A stretch of 23,252 nucleotides of DNA from a virus. Lineage: Duplodnaviria > Heunggongvirae > Uroviricota > Caudoviricetes. The stretch is taken from IMG/VR virus record IMGVR_UViG_3300017917_004015. One strand, 5' to 3'. This document shows, piece by piece, positions 16,522-23,252 of this stretch (position 1 is its first letter; the number at the start of each line of letters is the position of its first letter). A program made the translations under genes and the position numbers. The notes beneath the pieces were generated by a model. The model saw only the letters and a list, made by a program, of their open reading frames with translations. It ran no database searches and was not told where the DNA came from.

Positions 16522-17210
16522 TATGTTTTCTTTGATTTAATAATTTGTCTTAGTTTTTCAGTTACTAGTTCATCAACAATATCTTTAAACATACTTCTTA
16601 ACGTATCTTTTGAAAAAAAGTTTTCAGTAAGATATTTATTAACAGCATTTGTTATATCAACAGGATTAGAATTTAGAATTTGTGGTTGATAAACGGGTTG
16701 TTGAATTGGAATTGGTTGTTGATAAACGGGTTGTTGATAAGATTCAACATAAACAGGTTGTTGAGATTTTATGTGTTGTTTTTGTATTTTGTTAATTTCA
16801 TTTCTACTCATTTCACCTGAAGCAAATTTCATCCTAATTGATTCGTCAATAGGTATAAACGATGGTGGTGCTGAATTATATTGTGGTTGTTGGGTTTGTT
16901 GTTGGGTTTTTAAATATTCAGCATAAAAATCAACATTTGGTTCATCATTAAATGTATCAAAATGTGGTTGAAAATTATCAAAAGATGGTTCTCTATAACC
17001 AGAATTATTAGTGAATCCGTTAATATTAGGTTGAATATGCATATCAGACATAACTGGAGCATTTTCATTATCACTAAATCTAGGTATATTTGGTAATTGG
17101 ACTCCTTTATTTTCAAGCCTTTCAGAGGCTTCAACTATTGTATTCATCTTATTAGCAAATCTAGCTAATTTATCAGGTGAAACTTGTTTTAGTATATTAA
17201 TATTATCCAT
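16521..17210 (-). CDS. Hypothetical Q/P/N-rich low-complexity protein (229 aa)
   Basis: ORF track; QQPVY repeated and a poly-Q/T tract. Confidence 0.65.
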   Translation of the reverse strand: MDNINILKQVSPDKLARFANKMNTIVEASERLENKGVQLPNIPRFSDNENAPVMSDMHIQPNINGFTNNSGYREPSFDNFQPHFDTFNDEPNVDFYAEYLKTQQQTQQPQYNSAPPSFIPIDESIRMKFASGEMSRNEINKIQKQHIKSQQPVYVESYQQPVYQQPIPIQQPVYQPQILNSNPVDITNAVNKYLTENFFSKDTLRSMFKDIVDELVTEKLRQIIKSKKT

Positions 17211-17231
17211 ACTATTTTTTAATAAAATACG

Positions 17232-17762
17232 TTATTTTGGTGTTACTTTATAAATTATTTGCTTCATAGATTTATTGTATAGTATGTTTAATTTTTTTCT
17301 ATTTGTGCTAACAAAGTCAATTGATTGGTCATATTTTTGGATAGTTTTAGTGAATTTCAATATTTTATCCAATCTAAACATACGCCATCTAATAGCATCT
17401 CTGGGTCTTCCAGATTTAAGTGTATATGAATAGTCATTTCTTAACCAACCATAAGCCACTAAATTACCACTATTATTATATCCTACACACCAAAATTCAA
17501 CGTCTCGAACCCCAACTAAACCATCATATGGTGCCGGGTCATAGTATATTTTAATAACAGTTCTATCTTTCATTGATTTTATAATACGATTTAAAACTTG
17601 CTGACCCTTATAGGCGGCGGCACGTCTTTTTTCAGTACTATAGTTATTTTTTTTCTTTTCAGGTTCTTGATTTTGATTAGGTAAACGAGTATCTATACTA
17701 GAGTCATCATCCTCAGTTAATAAATTTTTTACAATATATTTTTTTAACTGTTTATTCAACAT
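17232..17762 (-). CDS. Stand-alone WYL-domain protein
   Basis: IKIYY......R.VE...VG......AYGW...WRMFRLDKI fits the WYL pattern I.I.Y...R.V.P...R.FRLDRI; no HTH seen. Confidence 0.65.
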   Translation of the reverse strand: MLNKQLKKYIVKNLLTEDDDSSIDTRLPNQNQEPEKKKNNYSTEKRRAAAYKGQQVLNRIIKSMKDRTVIKIYYDPAPYDGLVGVRDVEFWCVGYNNSGNLVAYGWLRNDYSYTLKSGRPRDAIRWRMFRLDKILKFTKTIQKYDQSIDFVSTNRKKLNILYNKSMKQIIYKVTPK

Positions 17763-18000
17763 CGTTATATTCTCTATTACCTTTTGAAAATTCGTTCATA
17801 GAAATCATTTTATTCCTAGAAATAATATCCATAAGATTACCAGTTTCACCAGTTGCGGGGTTTTCATCTTTACCTAATGGTGATATTAAATCAGGCGAAT
17901 TTTCATCGTATTCATTTATATCGTTTTGATATTTATTAGATGCTATCATGTTTGGTCTAATAACATCACCAATAGTCCTAACTTTTGAAATTTCAGCCAT
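17752..18000 (-). CDS. Hypothetical protein (likely start MAEISK at 18000)
   Basis: ORF track 17752..18015; ATG at 17998-18000. Confidence 0.55.
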   Translation of the reverse strand: MAEISKVRTIGDVIRPNMIASNKYQNDINEYDENSPDLISPLGKDENPATGETGNLMDIISRNKMISMNEFSKGNREYNDVE

Positions 18001-18001
18001 A

Positions 18002-18235
18002 TTAGTTATTATCAAATATAGAATTTATTTTATTTTCATATATATCTAAACTATTAGTGGTTGTTTGGATATTTTCTTGGGCTGGTGGTTGTTGAATTTC
18101 ATTAACCACAGGTTTTTCTAGGTAATGAAAAGGTATTGATTGAGTATTATCATACTCACATAAATAATTCAACCTCTGTAATTGTTGAGCATATTTATTT
18201 TTATCAAAAGCTGGTTTAGATTTAAACTTTCTCAT
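18002..18235 (-). CDS. Hypothetical protein (77 aa)
   Basis: ORF track; preceded directly by the 16-bp motif. Confidence 0.55.
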   Translation of the reverse strand: MRKFKSKPAFDKNKYAQQLQRLNYLCEYDNTQSIPFHYLEKPVVNEIQQPPAQENIQTTTNSLDIYENKINSIFDNN

Positions 18236-18236
18236 T

Positions 18237-18272
18237 TTTTATTATAAATAGTATTTTTCTATTTATTATAAA
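18237..18272. promoter_or_regulatory. Divergent promoter region with back-to-back CTATTTATwwTAAA motifs
   Basis: ACTATTTATAATAAAA on minus (18237-18252) before the ATG at 18235, and CTATTTATTATAAA on plus (18259-18272) before the ATG at 18279. Confidence 0.55.
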
Positions 18273-18278
18273 CAATAT

Positions 18279-19079
18279 ATGGCTAATAAACGCAAATATG
18301 ATAATAAAGTGTATCCGGATAAAGTTGGTAATGAAAGAGTTAAACAAATTCTTGATATGGCCGATGAGAAGAATTTATACTTACCTAAGGGTGTTAGTAT
18401 TGACGATATAACTTTAGCTGTTTTAAATGAATTAAAAAGTGGTTCATTAAGTATTGTTTCTAAACAAACTAAAAATATAATACCTGTTTATCTTTTTGGT
18501 TTAGAAAAATGGAGTCAATTTGAAAAAACTTGGGAAATAACAGATGAAGACCAAAACGTTTCCTTCCCCATTGCGGTTTTAGTTCAAAATGATACTGTTT
18601 TTGGTAGTAGGTATGGTGAAAATAGACACGTTCTATCATATAAAAAAACTTATACTTATTTGGAAGTACCAACTGAGGATGAAATAGGTCGTTTAGGGTA
18701 TGATATTTATAAAATACCATTAGAAACGCCTGTAGATATTACATATGATATAGCATACATTACTTATTACTCAAAAGAAAGAAATAATATTGAACAAGAA
18801 TTTATTAGAAAATTCTCTGATTTTCAACATTATATAGTAGTTAATGGTCATTATATGCGTATTTCATTGGAAGATTCATCTAACGAAAATGAAGTTGATA
18901 TTGATGTAAATAATGTTTATATAAAAAAATTTAATATAAAAATAAAAGGTTTCACATTAGATGAAAATGAATTTGAAAAATACAGGTCTATCGAAAAAGT
19001 AATTAAAATAACGGAAATAAATGATACTGAGATTTCTAGGGAATCCATATCAATTAAAGATTATTATAAAAGAAGTTAA
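18279..19079 (+). CDS. Probable virion tail completion / sheath-terminator-like protein (T4 gp15-like, tentative)
   Basis: Size and sequence pattern (P.....R...PVDITY...F.......NGHYM.I.L...K.F.IKIKGF.LDE.EF) resemble proteins I recall so annotated in large myophages; unverified. Confidence 0.45.
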   Translation: MANKRKYDNKVYPDKVGNERVKQILDMADEKNLYLPKGVSIDDITLAVLNELKSGSLSIVSKQTKNIIPVYLFGLEKWSQFEKTWEITDEDQNVSFPIAVLVQNDTVFGSRYGENRHVLSYKKTYTYLEVPTEDEIGRLGYDIYKIPLETPVDITYDIAYITYYSKERNNIEQEFIRKFSDFQHYIVVNGHYMRISLEDSSNENEVDIDVNNVYIKKFNIKIKGFTLDENEFEKYRSIEKVIKITEINDTEISRESISIKDYYKRS

Positions 19080-19589
19080 ATGTTTTTGAATATATTTTTA
19101 CATAAAACGTTAAAAAATGATGGTGAATATGATATACAACCTACCGATGAATATATTATTGGTACATTATCATCTACAACATTCTCTTTGATTAGTGTGC
19201 CACCTAATACAAATAACAATGAAACTATTAATATACAATTAAGTGGTATTACATCCTCAAAATTAGATAATATATTAGATTATAATAATGAATATATACA
19301 AGATTTTATTTTAGAAGAAACTGATGATTTTATAGTTTATGTAGTAGATAATATCACATACAAAACATTTAAAAACGATAACTTAACTGTTTATTACATA
19401 AATAAAAATATTGATATATTTACTGATTCTTTATTATATAAAAATAATGATAAGTATTACCCTTTAAGTAAAAAAACGATATCAAATTTAAACATTAACA
19501 GAAATAATAAATCTGTATTAGAGGATTTTTACAAATTAACAACCACAAATAACCTTGATGATGTTATGGATTTATTTTCAACTATTTAA
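19080..19589 (+). CDS. Hypothetical acidic protein (169 aa)
   Basis: ORF track; abuts the previous stop. Confidence 0.6.
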   Translation: MFLNIFLHKTLKNDGEYDIQPTDEYIIGTLSSTTFSLISVPPNTNNNETINIQLSGITSSKLDNILDYNNEYIQDFILEETDDFIVYVVDNITYKTFKNDNLTVYYINKNIDIFTDSLLYKNNDKYYPLSKKTISNLNINRNNKSVLEDFYKLTTTNNLDDVMDLFSTI

Positions 19590-19603
19590 TTTAAAACACA
19601 AAT

Positions 19604-20491
19604 ATGATAGGTAGTACTGGTATAATTAAACCTTCAACAGTTAGCGTAAATGATATTGAAATACTTTATAGTTATTCTAGTGATAGAAGTACTGAACCTT
19701 CTAATTTCATATTATTAGATGCTAACTTACTTATTAAGGAACGTTTTTTGAGTGATAATTCAGTTGAAAAAATTCCCGGTATGTATTTATTGAACTTACC
19801 TTCAGACATTTTCAATGAAGTAGGATTTTATTCTTTATATATTCGACCTAAACAAATAAAAACTAATATTGTAGATTGTGGTGTTTTAAGTTCATTACCT
19901 AATGTAAAGGGTATAGTTTTAAATATTGAAGACTTCGCTAATGACACTGATAAAATATTACAAGGTGGTTTATGTGGTTTTAGAGTTGAGTACTTAAATA
20001 ACGATGGTTCGTTGATTAATAATAAACATACTATTGTAACTTGGTCTAATAGATGTGAGGCTATCAGCCAAAATATAAATAACACTTCTCAAAAAAATAT
20101 TTCTTATAGATTTACTGATTCAGGTAATTTTTTATTTTTAACAGTAAATCCTTCGACAAACCCTTCGGTTCAACCATCTGTACAACCTAACATTGGTGTA
20201 GCAAATCAACAAATAATATTAAGTAATACATATTTTGACCCGGTACTAATTGATATTGAATTATCTGAATATGATATTGATAAAATAGCTTTAGGTATTT
20301 TTGGTGAAAAAACTCTAAATATTGAGACTGGTGTAGAAAATGTTTATACCAAAGATAGAGAAATTTATAAACAAAGAACTATATTTGATATCAAAGATGA
20401 AACTGGTAATCCATTATATAAAGTAGCTCAAAGTAATACAACAATAGACACTAGTGAAACTTGGGATACAATTAATGAAAATGTTATCTAA
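19604..20491 (+). CDS. Hypothetical, probably structural, phage protein (295 aa)
   Basis: ORF track; beta-rich composition; co-oriented with the gp15-like gene. Confidence 0.6.
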   Translation: MIGSTGIIKPSTVSVNDIEILYSYSSDRSTEPSNFILLDANLLIKERFLSDNSVEKIPGMYLLNLPSDIFNEVGFYSLYIRPKQIKTNIVDCGVLSSLPNVKGIVLNIEDFANDTDKILQGGLCGFRVEYLNNDGSLINNKHTIVTWSNRCEAISQNINNTSQKNISYRFTDSGNFLFLTVNPSTNPSVQPSVQPNIGVANQQIILSNTYFDPVLIDIELSEYDIDKIALGIFGEKTLNIETGVENVYTKDREIYKQRTIFDIKDETGNPLYKVAQSNTTIDTSETWDTINENVI

Positions 20492-21320
20492 GTTTTAAAA
20501 GTTCTTCTCGACATTTAATGAAATATTCTTTCATTTTAGGTGTTGTTTTATATTTATCAATATCCTTTAATGTAATCCATGAGTAAGCCGTGTGTTCATG
20601 ATTTAATTGTATGTTTTCAGGTTGTGCTGTCATAGCAACATATACATATACTTTATATTCATTTTCTATCGTTTCAAAACAAAATATAGGTTTTTTAATA
20701 CTAAGATTAGTTTCCTCAGAAACTTCTCGTATAAAACCCTGTTCAGGTGTTTCACCTTGTTCCACACCACCACCAACTAACCCCCATTTATTTGGTTCCC
20801 AAATATCATCGGATTTTCTTTTTAATATTAAAAATTTACCATCATTTATTATAAAACCAATAGCACCAACAGATTGTTTATCTTCTTCTAATTTAGGTTT
20901 TAAATTATTAATACCTAATTCATTTTTTATAGAAATTTTAGGTGCTTTATTAAAACTTTTTTCATGTGTTTTTTTATATTGATTATCAAAAACACCACTT
21001 TTAACCTTTTTATTTCTATCTAAATCCTCTCTATCAAAAGATAATATATTATTAACCCAATTTTTCATTTCATTTCCACCACGTAATTTATATTCAATAG
21101 GATTTATCTCTTTTGGGTTATATGTATCAAAAAAATTTTTATAACGTTTTAAATTTGTATAAGTTAGAAAAGGTCTACTAACTAACTTAGTAGCGGCTCT
21201 TTTACCTGAAAGGGCATCACTATTTTTTTCATGTCTTAATTTGGCTAATAATAAATTAACAGAATTAATAATTCCATCGGGTACTTTATAATATTTGTTA
21301 TATAATTTTTTATTTGCCAT
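20484..21320 (-). CDS. Nudix hydrolase (MutT-like C-terminal domain) with an uncharacterised basic N-terminal domain
   Basis: Nudix box GGGVEQGETPEQGFIREVSEETNL, upstream FLILKR...W, downstream LNHEHTAYSW. Confidence 0.85.
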   Translation of the reverse strand: MANKKLYNKYYKVPDGIINSVNLLLAKLRHEKNSDALSGKRAATKLVSRPFLTYTNLKRYKNFFDTYNPKEINPIEYKLRGGNEMKNWVNNILSFDREDLDRNKKVKSGVFDNQYKKTHEKSFNKAPKISIKNELGINNLKPKLEEDKQSVGAIGFIINDGKFLILKRKSDDIWEPNKWGLVGGGVEQGETPEQGFIREVSEETNLSIKKPIFCFETIENEYKVYVYVAMTAQPENIQLNHEHTAYSWITLKDIDKYKTTPKMKEYFIKCREELLKLR

Positions 21321-21784
21321 TATATTACGTTATTATTTTTATTATATATTTTATTTATTAAACTTTTTTTAACAGTATTAGGTAATTTATCAACAGGTAG
21401 TTTATCAATTAAATTAACTAATACATTATAAGTGTCTGAAAATTTACTTTTACTTTCATTTATAAGACTTTCAATTACGTTAATAGCTAATAATAAATCT
21501 AAATTAGTTATTTTTTCATCTAAAACAACACCATAATCTTTATCTAATACAGTATCTTCTCTAAAAAATACACCATTACCAACACTATATGGTGTTAAGT
21601 AAGGGTCTACACCTTGTTTAATTTCTTGTGAAATTTTTTCAGAATCACCTTGGACAGATACTTCACTAGATACTGGTTCAGCTTTATCAGTTTTAAATTT
21701 AAAATCAGGTGTTAAAACTGTATCATAATTATAATCTCGTTCAGATAGTTTCTTTTTTAAATATTTTTTTATATTATTTTCCAT
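21320..21784 (-). CDS. Hypothetical protein (likely start MENNIKK at 21784)
   Basis: The ORF-track start (21802) is TTG; ATG at 21782-21784. Confidence 0.6.
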   Translation of the reverse strand: MENNIKKYLKKKLSERDYNYDTVLTPDFKFKTDKAEPVSSEVSVQGDSEKISQEIKQGVDPYLTPYSVGNGVFFREDTVLDKDYGVVLDEKITNLDLLLAINVIESLINESKSKFSDTYNVLVNLIDKLPVDKLPNTVKKSLINKIYNKNNNVI

Positions 21785-22265
21785 TTTCTTTAGGTCTAAC
21801 AAATTTATAAGATTTATTTCTATTAATTATATCAGGATTATTAAGATAACTTTTATTAATAAAAAAATCATTTCTAAGATTCAAAACGTTATTATATATA
21901 ATAAGATTATAATTTCCGTCTATAGGTAAATAAAATAAAACTCTATTATTAGTAGTAAAATCACCTTTAACCCTATTATAAAGATTACTTTTTTCAAAAC
22001 CAAAAGAGTACTTACTGTATAAAACCTCAGAAGAATCTATTAAATAAATATTATCAACATCTATATTAATTTTGTTTTTTGCTGTATTAGCTTTATGGAA
22101 AAAAAATTTATTATTTTTTATATGTGTAATATTATATTGACCTGAATCATATTTTAAAACTAAAGTATCCGATTTTTCATTAATAAAATTGTTTTTATTA
22201 TAAGCAAAAGTATAATAAGTCAATAATAAACAAACCGCTATTAATAATAAAATTAGTTTTTTCAT
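21774..22265 (-). CDS. Hypothetical exported or membrane-anchored protein
   Basis: Start MKKLILLLIAVCLLLTYYTFA at 22265 (signal-like); preceded by the 16-bp motif. Confidence 0.6.
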   Translation of the reverse strand: MKKLILLLIAVCLLLTYYTFAYNKNNFINEKSDTLVLKYDSGQYNITHIKNNKFFFHKANTAKNKINIDVDNIYLIDSSEVLYSKYSFGFEKSNLYNRVKGDFTTNNRVLFYLPIDGNYNLIIYNNVLNLRNDFFINKSYLNNPDIINRNKSYKFVRPKENGK

Positions 22266-22280
22266 TTTATTATAAATAGT
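22265..22280 (-). promoter_or_regulatory. Third copy of the 16-bp motif ACTATTTATAATAAAA
   Basis: Identical to 5547-5562 and 18237-18252; its last A is the A of the ATG. Confidence 0.55.
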
Positions 22281-22284
22281 TATT

Positions 22285-22737
22285 TCATAATAAAGATAAT
22301 AAATCTTTTGGTTTAATTTTCCACCATTGTTCAATTCCTAATAAAAAAGCTATACTTTGAAAACAATTTGTAGATTTCTCTAAATGTTTATGTTTTATAT
22401 TTAATAAATAATATAAATACCTAGCATTATAATTATTATAGTATATCTTATCAAGATTATTATCTATATTTTTAATCTGTTTTAATTTAGGTCTTTTTAT
22501 TAATATTTCTCTTTGATATATTTTTTGTTCTTCTAAAAATTTATCAATCGTTTTTGTTCTTATAAAACCTGAAGCCACAGATTCAAAAATCCACAATTTA
22601 TTATCAGATTTCTTAACTATTGCAACATGATTATATCTTGAGTTTAAAAAAAATCTTATAAAATAATAAAAAATGTAATTTATTAATCCAACATTTTTTT
22701 CATTTCTAATAAAAATTATATCATATTCTTTAAACAT
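22285..22737 (-). CDS. Permuted papain-like NlpC/P60 amidase (YiiX/YebB-like)
   Basis: YDIIF, YNHVAIV (His), IFES, Y-N, TNCFQSIA (Cys after His), KIKPKDL. Confidence 0.7.
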   Translation of the reverse strand: MFKEYDIIFIRNEKNVGLINYIFYYFIRFFLNSRYNHVAIVKKSDNKLWIFESVASGFIRTKTIDKFLEEQKIYQREILIKRPKLKQIKNIDNNLDKIYYNNYNARYLYYLLNIKHKHLEKSTNCFQSIAFLLGIEQWWKIKPKDLLSLL

Positions 22738-22738
22738 A

Positions 22739-23161
22739 CTACATCCAGTTTACTATTTGTGCTGTCAAATAATTATCAAACCTATCAAATGAATCAGCTT
22801 GTATTATTTTATTCTCTGTTTGTTGGTCAATTGATAATGGTAATCCGCTAATTACATCAATGAAAAAGTCAGCCTCTCCCATACCACTACTTGCAAATTC
22901 ACCAGTTAATGGGTTTACAAATGTTGTATTGAAAGCTTTTAAAGTGAATACATAATCAGGAATAAGATTATAATCAACTAATATAGGATTACCTTTATCA
23001 TCAACTTCACTTTCATGTTCTTTATAATGTTTTACAACTATTTTTAAGAATACATATAATTGGTCAGAGTTATGTAACTCCATAGTTTCAATGCCAGCTC
23101 TACCAGCTTTTCGTTTGATTGTTGGGTCTAATGGATGGTCTGATATTTTATAAAGTTTCAT
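22739..23161 (-). CDS. Hypothetical protein (140 aa)
   Basis: ORF track; follows a LamG-like gene end. Confidence 0.6.
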   Translation of the reverse strand: MKLYKISDHPLDPTIKRKAGRAGIETMELHNSDQLYVFLKIVVKHYKEHESEVDDKGNPILVDYNLIPDYVFTLKAFNTTFVNPLTGEFASSGMGEADFFIDVISGLPLSIDQQTENKIIQADSFDRFDNYLTAQIVNWM

Positions 23162-23165
23162 AATT

Positions 23166-23252
23166 TTAAAGGTTGTATTTGATTTTATAGTATTGATGTA
23201 ATGAATTTATTTGTTCTTCTGTTAATGCAGTTCTATATGATGCACAATATTC
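23166..23252 (-). CDS. C-terminal 28 aa of a gene entering from the right; resembles a LamG/ConA-like lectin domain end
   Basis: Manual translation EYCASYRTALTEEQINSLHQYYKIKYNL* fits the E...Y..ALT..EI..L..Y...KY.L ending of LamG-like proteins. Confidence 0.45.
   Translation of the reverse strand, partial: EYCASYRTALTEEQINSLHQYYKIKYNL

Noticed and set aside
17232-17762. WYL protein as part of a CRISPR-Cas locus serving the mini-array
   Set aside because: It is 15 kb away and no Cas motifs are seen in neighbouring ORFs.
16910-20982. ORFs 16910..17134, 18469..18720, 19828..20085 and 20611..20982
   Set aside because: Nested out of frame in, or antisense to, longer and better-supported ORFs.

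Overview
AT-rich (roughly 25% GC by eye), gene-dense fragment that reads as a large lytic (jumbo-type) phage genome, most likely infecting Bacteroidota. This host call is an inference from a Bacteroidota-style signal peptide, Bacteroidota-type RNA repair genes and the lack of obvious Shine-Dalgarno sites. Most genes are on the minus strand; a 3-gene plus-strand block (18279-20491) looks structural. Main contents: a secreted reprolysin-like metzincin protease (partial, missing from the ORF track); a duplicated small-protein gene whose C-terminus sits in a CRISPR-like 37-bp repeat / 28-30-bp spacer array (1892-2381); an RlaP-type nucleotidyltransferase interrupted by one in-frame TAA; an atypical tRNA-Glu; a GT-B glycosyltransferase; two Nudix proteins; a complete Pnkp1-Rnl-Hen1 RNA repair-and-protect module; a GIY-YIG protein; a dNTP diphosphohydrolase-HAD fusion; an SNF2 helicase; a stand-alone WYL protein; and a permuted NlpC/P60 protein. 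The most unusual element is the repeat-spacer array fused to a coding 3' end. All family assignments come from motif recognition by eye; no database searches were run.
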